Source: the human T2T-CHM13v2.0 reference genome, Homo sapiens. Taken from it: DNA of 64,000 nucleotides. The stretch is from assembly GCF_009914755.1 (NCBI RefSeq), contig NC_060932.1, one strand, 5' to 3'. Position numbers and translations under genes: made by a program. Shown here piece after piece: positions 43,240 to 58,047 of this stretch. Numbering within the stretch: the stretch's first letter is position 1; each line of letters starts with the position of its first letter. A model generated the notes under the pieces. That model ran no database searches and had not been told where the DNA came from. It saw nothing but the letters and a program-made list of their open reading frames with translations.

Positions 43240-43460
43240 TCAGTCTGGGCAACATAGCAAGATCCCAACTCTTCAAAAAACAAAAAGCTAGCGAGATGTG
43301 ATGGCACACACCTGTAGTCCCAGCTACTCAGGAGGCTGAGACAGGAGGATTGCTTGAGCCCAGGAGTTCAAGGCTACAGTGAGCCATGATTGCACCACTG
43401 CACTCCAGCCTGGGCAACAGAGTGAGACCCCATCTCAAACAACAACAACAACAGCAACAA
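43240..43460 (+). mobile_element. AluJ, 5'-truncated, with (CAA)n tail
   Basis: Alu linker plus right arm. Confidence 0.9.
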
Positions 43461-44328
43461 ATGTCAATAGATCTTGGCAGTGTGAAATATGCCTCCATGC
43501 CAAAGTCTAATCAATAATTCTTCCACTGTTATACCTGTTTTCCACTGACAGGATGGAATTCTTCTTTATGATTCCCTCAATTATAAAGTTAGCTGAAGGG
43601 GGAAAGAAGGAACTGAAAGATGAGACATGGAAGCAACCAGTCATGCAAGGGCACGAGCTTTAAAACTGGCAAGTGGCTTTGACGGTGCCCATCCCTGGTT
43701 ATCTAGGCATCTTCTTTGGCAGGGTAACAACAGCCCCCTTGTTGAAGGCTCCTGGCTCCTACCTTCTCTGACTGGCCCTTTGACTTCTTTCAGCCAGCCA
43801 CAAAACACAGTGGGGCACATTCATTAGCCAGGGTTTCCTTCACAGCCTTGGCATGCTCCATGGGCATCAGCCAGGTGCCAGCCTCCACCAGCAGCATCTG
43901 CTTGTGCCTCATTTATCCTCACCCCTTCCCATTTTCCTATAACTACACAGACAGTTTAAAAAGAAATATATAAAATCGTAGTTGACTCCTTGAAAATAAG
44001 CACAAACACTCATGCACATGCACACACAGCCACACCACATTGAGAAAACAAACAAACAAAAAAGATGAAGTCATTCAGTTGGTCAAGATCCTTATAATTA
44101 GAGAATAAAAATAAAAATATTTTGGGAAATTAAAAAAGGATATAGTGAAAAATTTAATCACTGGCGACAAGACAAAACAAAACACGCTATTATTAACAAA
44201 ATGACTCAACCCACAAGTATGTCGATTGCAAATACTGTGCTTGAATCAGGAGCGGACAGGTATTACTATCTTGTTTGTTTGCTGGTGAACTTGTTAAATC
44301 ATGCATTTAAAAAAAAAAATCACTTCCC

Positions 44329-44622
<294 letters not shown>

Positions 44623-45282
44623 TCACTTCCCAGACTTTACACACATGATGAACCCAGCTTAGAATGTTCTCCTTCTTCTTCTTATCCTTATTTTAGCTCA
44701 TCTTCCTTCAAGGTCATGTCCTATATTCTACATAAACTTCCCAACAACTTTCCCTCCCCATCTGGGTAAAATTTATTACACCCAATTGTACTGATTATCT
44801 GTCTGGCTACTTTGTCCTCCAAGCGCCTTCCCAATGAAACTGTGAACTCTTTGAGGCCATTCTTCACTTTCTAGACTTCTCTTACTTCCTTTATGGCACC
44901 TAGTTCATCCAGAACACAAGTAAACTCAATCAATGGTTTAAATATTCAAGCTGATGGCTACACAATGTATTCCTACCAATAAGCAACTGAACAAAAATGC
45001 TAACTAAGGACACAGAATTAGAGGGATGTTTGAATAGCAGAAGCGGCGGGGTCTCAGTTAATTTATGGAATCCTGGCAGTCAAACATTGAGGCAGACTGG
45101 TGTTCCTCTCAGTGTGTTTTGCAGTTGGGATAGAAAGATGAATAAAATGCTGTCTGTTACCTTAGAATGCTTACAGTTGATGGGGTGATCATCAAGTCCA
45201 AACCCCATTTTGCAGATGAGGAAACTGAAACTCAGAAGAGTAGAGACTTGTTCAAGTCATGCAGTTAAGAACAGCAAGAGAC

Positions 45283-45548
45283 CACTGTTTCCCCAGTTAA
45301 CTCCACGACAGACCATCTACACAATTTTTGTCATATATGAATAACAACCATTCAATTCCTAATGCTTTTTCTACTTAAATCATTTAAAAAAGAATCTTTA
45401 GATTTATTATTAATAAAGGGAAAACCAGTATTATTTTCTATAAGTAAAAGACACATACTAATATGCTTTAAAGTAGATGCATAACTTCTAAAATAAAAAT
45501 AATAGAAGTTGTGTTATCACTTAAAGTCCACATTTTTGGGAAACGCTA
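45283..45548. mobile_element. Probable hAT-Charlie MITE
   Basis: Degenerate TIRs cactgtttccc / gggaaacgcta. Confidence 0.45.
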
Positions 45549-45954
45549 CATTACATCAAAATCCATATTGACCAAAATCAGGTAGATTAGCATGCATTTC
45601 ATGTAAGATGTTACTACAGACATGTGATCACTCACGTATGAAATATCAATCTTTTTGCAGAAATCATATCTAGCTGACTTGATCAGTTTTACCTCAAATG
45701 CAAAAGAAAAGAAAACTCAGGGCCATTAAAAACTAGTCAAGAAAAAATGTCTATCCAAAAGTGAAGGTGCCGATAGGTATTTGTTAATTAAAAAAAGAAG
45801 AAATTAATTAGAAGTCATGTGTGAGACAGTTGGACTTGAAGAATACAGATTTAATTAGTGTAGAAAGGTAGAGAAAAACAGCACTAGTTTCTAACTGTTA
45901 TTTCAAATTTGCTAAAATCAGAGTTGAGAGTTCCATTGAGTCTGTAAGACGCAC

Positions 45955-45984
45955 CTGTTCTCTGTAGAGAAAACACTGTAGTTT
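45955..45984 (-). other. Microexon D, 30 nt (an internal acceptor would give 7 nt, 45955-45961)
   Basis: ttgtcctgtattcag|AAACTACAGTGTTTTCTCTACAG(|)AGAACAG|gtgcgt. Confidence 0.6.
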
Positions 45985-46661
45985 CTGAATACAGGACAAT
46001 CAATCTTTTATTAACCTGGGTATTTTCTAAATTGGGCACACTGGTTAGCTGATTTTAAAAGTAGCTTACCAAGAGTTAACCAATTTATTAGCTAACCAAA
46101 ATATTTCAATTTTAACTGTCATTGTTAAAATCATCTTTTGAAAATATGAAGGAATAATTTTCTGCCAGAGGTAGTACAGAATAGCAAATGTAATGCCACA
46201 GTTCTTTGGATATTTGTGATAATTGTGGTGGCTCAGGCTAAATCTAGATTTTTAAATGCTTTCGATTTCCTTAGCGCCTATCACGGACTGGCCCTCTGTT
46301 TTCCTTACACAACCCCGCGATCTGATTCTCACTACATCGTGGTGAGACAGGTATTACCATCCCTGTTGGGCAGATGAATGAATGTAGCTATCAAGAAATT
46401 AAATATTAATAGCATGTCTGGAGATCAATAGCGAGTATAGTAAAGACTTTTACCCAGGTCCACCTGGTTTCCAAGTTCATGTCCTTCTTCCCTAGAAGTG
46501 TGGTAGTGCGTCAGAACTGGAGGACACAGAATCCTGGCCTGAAGGTGCATAGTCAGAAAGGGATTCCTTAGTCTTAAAATAAGAGTTGTTTTTTTATTTT
46601 TAGCATCTTATAATCCGGCAATTTCCTTGAAGCCTTAGATACAGCACAAAAAAGAAATTCA

Positions 46662-47011
<350 letters not shown>

Positions 47012-47120
47012 CTAGTTAATTAAGCTTTAACAGCATGTAATTCCTAATAATTAAAGACACCTTTAGTGTGTACCTAAATAGAGTAATATTAGACATGAGA
47101 ATGCTTAAATGGCTTCTTTT

Positions 47121-47333
47121 TTCTCCGTTTTTGATTCGTTTCTTAAAAAATATTTTTAATTATTAACTATGTTAATTATCTATTTTTAACGGTTATTTAC
47201 ACAACAGTTATACCTATTTATGGGGTAAATGCGATATTTTGATACAAGCATACAATGTGTAATGATCAAATGAGGGTCACTGGGGTAGTCGTTGCCTCAA
47301 GCGTTTATCATTTCTTTGTGTTAGGGACATTCC
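47121..47333 (-). mobile_element. Short L1MA 3' end insertion
   Basis: gatacaagcatacaatgtgtaatgatcaaat...ttatcatttctttgtgtt; TSD aatggcttctttt. Confidence 0.85.
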
Positions 47334-47526
47334 AATGGCTTCTTTTCAAGTAAAGGGAGAAACATTCTAATAATACCGAGATAATCTAAACGCTGCTCAG
47401 CAGATTAATCTTCTGAATGTGATGAGGTCCCCCCTAGCAAAAAATGTTCAAGATTAACCTTTCTGAATTATGCTTTAAAAACGTTAGGAATAAAATTCTT
47501 CCCACTCAGCATTCTAGTATTGCTTC

Positions 47527-47634
47527 ATTATTTGGTCTAAACATGAAATTCCAGGAATTAAAAACAAGAACTTGCTAGAATTATTTGGTCCAAACATGAA
47601 ATGCCAGGAATTAAAAACAAGAACTTGCTAGAAT
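47527..47634 (+). repeat. 53-bp tandem duplication
   Basis: attatttggt(c)(t/c)aaacatgaaat(t/g)ccaggaattaaaaacaagaacttgctaga x2, two mismatches. Confidence 0.95.
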
Positions 47635-47701
47635 CAATGCCTTTGTGATTTTAGCTTGAAGTAAAGCAGCGAACATTTACTTTCATTGTATTAAATAAAC
47701 T

Positions 47702-48975
47702 TCATAGGAGGCCATTGTTTTGGACTGAGCTCCTGCACTAGGTCCCAACAGAACAGACCAAACCAAAATGGAGTCATTCATGCTAAGTGCCACATAATTA
47801 AACTAAACTTTAAAATGGGCTAGTTTTCCAAAAAAACCAGGAGATTCACAGCAACCACTAGGAAGGGGTGCAGGTTACCTGAGCCGGCATAAGGAAGTCC
47901 CCTCTGTTTTAACCCTATAAGGAAAGTAATTTTGTAATGACCAGTCTGCTTTTTGTTCCTTGTGTCTGCTTTCTTCCATCTTTTTCTGCCTATAAAACTC
48001 TGAGGGGAAAAAACACAAATTAGGTTTTTTTCTGCTCTTACCATAACAATAATAATCTATACAGAAGATTTCTGTGACCAAACGTGTGTGTGGTGGGAAG
48101 TTTCTCCTCTTTCTCTCCATCACCAAGTAAACAATCAGCTCTGCGGTGGACATCAGCTGGGTGTCCTCCAATTAAATTCTGATACTATCTACCTGGAGAT
48201 AGCGTCAGATCCCACAGCTTGAGGGCTCAGTCTGACAAGACTGCACCCCCTGACCCTCGTCACAAGACACCAGTTTTATGTCTGGGCCTCCAGAATTTCT
48301 GACAGATCAGCTTGAAGTTAGGGTTCCCATGATCCCCTCCTTGGGTTTGATTAATTTGCTGGAACAGTTCACAGAATTCAGGGAAACACGTTCGCTGGTT
48401 TATTACAAAGGGTATTACAACCTATACATAGGAAGAGATGCGCAGGGCAAGGCACGTGGTAAGGGGCATGGATCTCCCATCCCTTACACAGGCATGCCAC
48501 TCTTCAGGAACCTCCATGGGTTCAGCTATCCAGAAGTTGCTCAAGCCCTAACCTTTTGAGTTTTTATGAAGGCTTCATTATATGGCATGATTGATTAAAA
48601 CACTGGTCACTGATGATCACTTTAACCCTCAGCCCCTCTCCCATCCCCAGAGGCTAGGGGGTGGGGCTGAAAGTCCCAACCCTCTAATCCTGCCTTGATC
48701 TTTCTGGTGACCGCCTCCAATCTGAAGCTACCAGCCATGAATCAACTTGTTAGCATACAAAAAGACCACTTTGGAAATTCTAAAGATTTTTTAAGAGTTC
48801 TATGCTGGGAAATGGGTTTGAATACCAAATAAATATTTCACAGTAACACAAAAACTCACCTCCCTTGGTCAAGTCATGGCAGCACCTTTCTAAATCCTTA
48901 GATGGGATGCTGCCCAATTCATGAATTGCTAATAAAAGCCAACTGGATCTTTAAACTAAATTTGTTGAATTTTTA
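47702..48975 (+). mobile_element. ERV LTR (MER72/LTR47-like) split by a nested MER21
   Basis: taggaggccattgttttggactgagctcctgcactagg...; resumes after 48850 with aataaaagcc. Confidence 0.65.
48001..48850 (-). mobile_element. MER21-type LTR
   Basis: TG...CA ends, opposite orientation to the copy at 7283; flanking repeat aaaactc. Confidence 0.78.
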
Positions 48976-51093
48976 AAAGCAGTTCCCAACTGGTAGGTAC
49001 TACCAACTGGTAGATACTAGTTAGAACGTCATTAAAATCATTACAGAGTTTTATAACTTAAGGCTTATTAGAAAATTTGATTACACAATCCATCTCAGTT
49101 CTGAGAAAATTTTTCTTTAAAGAAATTTTAATTCTAACAAACCCTTATACCTCTGGCTGGATATAGGCCATTTTGTCTCCCTCTTTTTTGAATTAGAAAG
49201 TAGCTTGTTTTTTCTTTCACCAACACACTACTATCTTAGGGAGCAGAGGGTCAACCAATAAATGCCCTCCCAAGTTTACACAACCAGTTGACACTTTCTT
49301 CCAGGGTGCTTTTTGCACAGTACATCAGGTACTGCAGAGTCTGACTCAGTCTTTATCTCCAGACTCATCCAACTTCTCTTCTACTCCACAGTCAATACAG
49401 AACCTGGTGTGCAGCTACCTGTACTCATATTCAGAGGTTATCTCCAACTAGTTGTGAGCCTTGGGGATGTTTTTACTTCGTATGCCTTGATTTCTTTTGT
49501 CTATAAACTAGAAACAATAATAGAATCTATCTGATGTTGTTCTTTCAAACATTAACTGAAATAATGCACACAACATGCCCACCCACCCATAATAAATGCT
49601 CAATAAATGTTAGCTTATACTATTAGCCTGGAAGTCACTTCTGGCCGGAAGCTTTTCCTAACCATGAAAACCAGGCTGGGTGCCCCAATTATTCATTTCC
49701 ATAGCATCTTGACATTCTTGGGGACACTCATCATTTTTTTATTATTTATTCAATGACTGTCTTTTCAGTCAGATTATAAACACCTCAAAGAAAAGCCTTA
49801 TGACTATTATTATTAGTTATAATCACAGGGTCTAGCACAGAGCATAACAATGAATATTTATTAAATGAGTGAAAGCTATTTACCAAAGATGCAAGACTGA
49901 TGAGTTCTTTGGGCAGACTGTCATTTAAAAAAATTGATCAGTTTGCGGGAACTGTAAACTGAGAGAAATCAGTATTGTGCTGTGCCTTCGTTTGTGAGAC
50001 AAGTCAGAGGAAAATATGATAGTAATAGTAACTAATAGTAACTACAGTAGTGCTACCTGAAATTTCCATGCCCTCTTGCGTGGTACAGTATGTTCATATC
50101 TATCATTCCAGCTCAGGCTCACAGAATCTGAGAGTTGGGAAGAAATTCAAGCATCACCTCATCCAAGGCTTCATTTGAGGGATAAGAAAATGGAAAGACA
50201 TCATTGCACCAAGAGTCATTGCATTCTCCAGGATGCCTCCCACAGAAGGCACCAGAACAGCCCTTGGACTCTGACCATGTGTTCTTTGAACAAAAAAGTC
50301 GGGATCATAACTCTCTGAGTATAACTCGAACAGCTTGTGAAAGGATGGGAAATCCAACATAAGTGGGCTGGTAGAACCAGAAGGTGGAACCACAGTCGGG
50401 TGGTTCAGGCACAGAGGCTTCCCAGGGTGTCACAAGCCAGCAGCAAGGGGTGTCACTCAAGGCTCAGGATGGAAGCTGTTGTCTTATGAACTGCAGGGAG
50501 CCACAGCAGGGGTCAATGAAGCAGGCAGGAGCTGTTCTCCAGAGACCCACAGCAGTTGCGTCTGCATGACTCATTTCCTCCCACTGGAGCCAACTGGGTG
50601 ACTACTGGGCTTATCAAACCCAGCCCTCTGGACCTTTTTCTGGCCACCTTGGAGGAATGTTCCTGGCATATCTACCCATGCACTCTATCTTTTCAGCTGA
50701 CCGCAGCTATCTGCCTTTAAATTTCCAACGTGGGACCCTTGTGGGTACGAAGGAAAATCCCTCCATCAGTCAGGCACATGGGAAGTGATTTCTGATCAAG
50801 ATGTGGAAGAGAGTGATTTTCCACAAGCCTGAAAGTTCAACCCAGCTCATCAGTTCACAGCTCAGGTCTGTGTGCTGGGAATACAGGACTGGCTGCACAA
50901 TCCCTTGGTTTTGGCTCCCCTGCAGCCTACATAGAGGTGATATCTGCCAGAGTCCCCAGGACACATGAGAAGAGGATACAGCCCCTTGAGATCCTTAGCG
51001 ATGGTGGAATTGACATGGGGGAAGCTAAGGCTGAGGATTTTAAAAAAAAAATAGATTCAGATGGCCTTTCTTCTCGCTCTACTCTTCCTCCTC

Positions 51094-51392
51094 TTTTTTT
51101 TTTTTTCTTTTTGAGACAGGGTTCACTCTGTTGCCCAGGCTGGAGTGCCATGGCATGATCCTGACTCACTGTAGCCTCGATCTTCAGGGCTTGAGAGATC
51201 CTCCTGCCCCAGCCTCCTGACAAGCTGGGACTGCAGGTGTACACCACAATGTCTGGATAATTTTGTTTGTTTTTTGTAGAGACAAGGTTTCACTATGTTG
51301 TCTAAGCTGGTCTTGAAGTCCTGGCCTCAAGCAATCCTTCCACCTCGGCCTCCCAAGGTGCTGGGATTACATGCGTGAGCCATTATGCTCAT
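51094..51392 (-). mobile_element. AluJ
   Basis: Alu dimer. Confidence 0.95.
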
Positions 51393-51442
51393 CTTCCTCT
51401 TCCCTTTTGATAGCAAGGGGTGGCAGGACAAAGAACTGACAC

Positions 51443-51579
51443 GTCCTTGCGATAGTTTGCTGAGAATGACGAGTTAATGGGTGCAGCACAGCAACATGGC
51501 ACATGTATACATATGTCACAAACATGCACGTTGTGCACATGTACCCTAGAACTTAAAGTTTAATTAAAAAAAAAAAAAA
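51443..51579 (+). mobile_element. Tiny L1PA insertion with a 5' inversion
   Basis: TSD aaagaactgacac (51430-51442, 51577-51589); inverted 27 bp, then sense L1 3'UTR and poly(A). Confidence 0.93.
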
Positions 51580-52592
51580 GAACTGACACTTTAGACCAGG
51601 GATGTGCTTGGTGCTGCGATGTACAGGCCATCTGCAGTTGGGCTGGCTCTGACTGTGTGAAAAATGGAGTTGCTCTTTTTTGCCCACATCTGCTTCCTTT
51701 CAAGGGGTGGCCTGGAAAGGTGAACAGTCCAGCAAGTCCCTTCTACCATGCCCTGTCACTGTCTTTGGGCTCCCCTCCCCCAAATCCTTATTATGCTTCA
51801 TAATACCTCAGCTTCCATCGCACCCAACTCACAGTTCTGATGGGGCTATTCAAACTAACGTCAAGCTCACATAGGGCAAGTTGTTTTAAACTGTCTAAAT
51901 TCAGCAGAAAAATAGCCACCCAGTGCGGTAATTATTTACTTTCAGCAGCGTGAATGCAAATGTCATTAAATCTTTACAATGGTTCTCATAAATGCTATTC
52001 ATTTTCATCTGCAGTTTCAAAGAATGACACAGGGGAGTTTTAAAATCTAATATAACAATAAATCTTATTCGGGCTGTGGGATCCCCTGGCCTATAAAAGC
52101 TGAGTAAGGCAGTTTCCACAGGGGCTTAGCTTGCTTGAAATAACTTCAGAACAAAACACCATTCTTCCAATGGGGGAAGGGAAAGGAAAAGGAATAGAAT
52201 TGGAAGAGGGGGCCAGCCAAGTTGACAGTCAACTAGACTCCCTAAAAGTGCTTGGGCAGAAGCTGAATTTCTGCAAAATTTGCAGATTATGCACCCATTA
52301 CATGTACATCTGTGCAAACGTGGATCTTCCTTTCTAGTAAGGGAGATAAGATTTGTACACAAATACTTGAAACGGTGTTGAAAGGGATAGGGTCATCATC
52401 GTGATAATACCTACGATTTAGTGAGAACGTTTTCTACGATGTGCAGGAAGTAGCTAAGGGCTTCGAATCTTTTGTAAAAAGAATGTTCACTACAACTAAA
52501 GAGTACAAAGAAAGTGAGGCTCAGAGAAGTTAAGGAATTTGCCCTGAATCACTCAGCTAGCTGGACTTCAAAACCAGAACTGACTCTAAACT

Positions 52593-52903
<311 letters not shown>

Positions 52904-53233
52904 TAGCAGTGTCACAAAACAGACTGTTGCCCATAGTTCGGGGTACTCAATCCCTATTTCAGATGAATTGTTATGGCTACGAGAGGCATAAAGACTTACA
53001 GAAAATTGTCCTGTAGATAGTATTCATTTTTAATGTGATACGCCTAGCAAGGTTTAAACCTTTTATTTTCCTGCACTCCATCAGCAAAAAAATTTGGAGC
53101 ATTCACTTTCAAAATATACATATTGATTTATGACTGATGTATTTACACTATTGTATTAGTATGTCATGTGCAAAAAAAAAAAAAAACCCCACAAAAATAA
53201 AGCTAGAGAGGCAAGATATAAAAATATAAACAG

Positions 53234-53532
<299 letters not shown>

Positions 53533-53851
53533 CTAGTACATTGTCTTGTACACCTCACTTTCCACACTGCTGACCCACAGCCCTTTGACTGATTCTTTAA
53601 ATCACTGGAACTCAGCACTAACCAAGCAAAGTTGAATCCAGGACATTGTATCCAGATAATCAATCTAGGTGTATTCATCCATTTTTGTAAAATTCAAATT
53701 TTCTTTAACTCTTTTCTTTAGTTAGGCTAGGAAGGCCTGGCTTAGTGTTTTATTTTTATTTTTAAACCCTCTTCAAAGAGTTCTTGAGTGTCAGGATAAC
53801 TTACAAACTTGTGGATTTTCTCCTGATCATTTTTTTCAGCTCTCCTCTCTC

Positions 53852-54128
<277 letters not shown>

Positions 54129-54514
54129 TAATCTTTTTTTATTCTTTATTTCTTAATGAATTACTGTAGGTACATAATAATCATATATGTTTATGGGGTA
54201 CCAGCTCCCCTTTCTTCAAGCCTAACCCTCTTCTGCCCTGTTTATGGCTCAAGATGCTTCCCTTCTGCAGAAGACATAGAAGAGGTTAGAAATGTTCTGG
54301 GCAGAAGAAGAGAAACGGGAAGGCTGTTGAGAATCCTGAGGGGAGAGAGGGCCTTGGCTTGAGCCTGGAAAGCGGGGAGAAAGACAACCCTGATGAACCC
54401 GGGGAGCTGCCCAGAGGCAGCACCCTGAAATAAGGGAAGGGTGGGTGCATTTATGAGATGACTTTTATAGAGTTAGTCAGAATTTTACAGGATTTCACGT
54501 GTCTGCCTCCGACT

Positions 54515-54810
54515 TCTTCTTCTTCTTCTTTTTGTTTTTGAGACGGAGTTTCACTCTTGTTGCCCAGGCTGGAGTGCAATGGCTCACTGCAGCCTCCGCC
54601 TCCCAGGTTCAAGAGATTCTACTGCCTCACCCTCCCGAGCATCTGGGATTACAGGCACATGCCACCACACCCAGCTAATTTTTGTATTTTTAGTAGAGAT
54701 GGGATTTCACTATGTTGGTCAGGCTGGTCTGGAACTCCTGACCTCAGGCAATCCACTCGCCTCGGCCTCCCAAAGTGCTGGGATTACAGGCGTAAGCCAC
54801 CATGCCTGGT
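54515..54810 (-). mobile_element. AluS (Sp/Sq-like)
   Basis: Alu dimer with (TTC)n tail. Confidence 0.93.
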
Positions 54811-54856
54811 CTGCCTTCTACTTTTTAACCTTGTTAGAGGACCGTGATGCACATAA

Positions 54857-55193
<337 letters not shown>

Positions 55194-55977
55194 TGAACAT
55201 TTCTAAGCCTCAATAATACTCTTGTTTTCAAAGTCTCACTTGTTCTGAACTGCAGTGGATGATGAATTTATGGAGAATTAAGACATTAGGTATACAGAAC
55301 ACAGAATTATGATTAGATGAAAATAATACATTTCGTCTTTCTATTTCAAGATGAGAGAGGTGGGTAAGAAAAATCATTTCTATTCAGACATGGAGAAAAG
55401 AGAGAAAACCCAGGCCACGGGCTCCCAGCTGCTCAAATGCAACCAGGACACAGAAGCAGTGGAACTGTCGGACCTGAAAGCATGCAGCCTAGGGTGAGAG
55501 GCTGTTGAGCCAAAATTCGGGTGGATGGAGGACTGGCAATCAAAGCAGGGAGGCTCTCCAGGGTCTGCATATTCTGTGCTAGGCTCAATTCCAAGTTCTT
55601 TACATATTATAACTCACATAATCCTTATTTTCCATCTGGCTCTGAAGTCTGTACTGTGCTGAGTTCATGCGGAAGGACTCAAGTGAACGTGAAAATGCAT
55701 GAATACTTTTGTACCGTTGAAATTTCCTGACCCTTGGCCCAACTATAAAGGATGGGGAACCCTGAGACTATCCGAGACTGAATTTCTTGCTGGTCCAGTA
55801 GGACGAGGATTTGGGGCTAGATTTTATTAAAGATAATAAAGTGGTTAATTCTCTGAGAATGTTGATTTTTATACCTGCTATACTTGTAATTCATGAATAA
55901 CTTATTTTGTTCTTTTTCTTGCCTCTTAACAGAATGATAACCCATTTTTTTTCCCCATAAGGCACAGACTGTTCCAC

Positions 55978-55999
55978 CTGCAGCAAAGGCCAAGCAAAC
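55978..55999 (-). other. Microexon C, 22 nt
   Basis: ctcatcccttttcag|GTTTGCTTGGCCTTTGCTGCAG|gtggaa; strong acceptor, weak donor. Confidence 0.45.
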
Positions 56000-56059
56000 C
56001 TGAAAAGGGATGAGGTGGGGAATTAATGCTACAAATTCTTTGGTCAGGCTTCATGATTA

Positions 56060-56390
<331 letters not shown>

Positions 56391-56469
56391 TTAATAATTG
56401 TCTTGTCTGAGAGGGAAAAAGGCAGAAAAGCCAATCTGTACAGGACTGTTGTGAACTGACATATTATAA

Positions 56470-56880
<411 letters not shown>

Positions 56881-57049
56881 AGCCCAGAATTGTTTATGTG
56901 CTGCCTCAAGATTGCAGTCTTGCGCTGGGATCCTCATCCAAAGCAGTATCCCCAAAGCAACCTCAGCTCCCCAACTCCCAGTACGGTCTGACCAGCAAAC
57001 AGCTTCAAATCACTGGCTTGGATCGAGTTTACAGAATCCATTGCGGTGT

Positions 57050-57155
57050 TTCTGCTGTCTCTTAGCAACGTCTTGCACGGTGGCCTTATTCAGTTGCCAT
57101 CACTGCCTGGCACCTGGGAAGGGAAATCTTCCAGGATGAGGGGAAATCTCCCGGG
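57050..57155. promoter_or_regulatory. Candidate regulatory module: RFX X-box-like site and paired kB-like sites
   Basis: gtctcttagcaac 57057-57069, gttgccat 57093-57100, gggaaatcttcc 57121-57132, gggaaatctccc 57141-57152. Confidence 0.3.
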
Positions 57156-57363
57156 TCCGGGGGGTGCCACCACTCTGTGATGTACAGACACACAATCTAG
57201 GTCCAGATTTTCTAATCCGGATTTCAAATTCTCCAGTGTTGTCTTAAATGATGCATATTTTTTATGCTGAAATATGTACTTCATTTCATGACATTGTATT
57301 GTTTTCCAAACATGTAGTCTACTATTTTTAGTTTATTTTTATGACTTTGAATAAAAGGTATAA

Positions 57364-58047
<684 letters not shown>

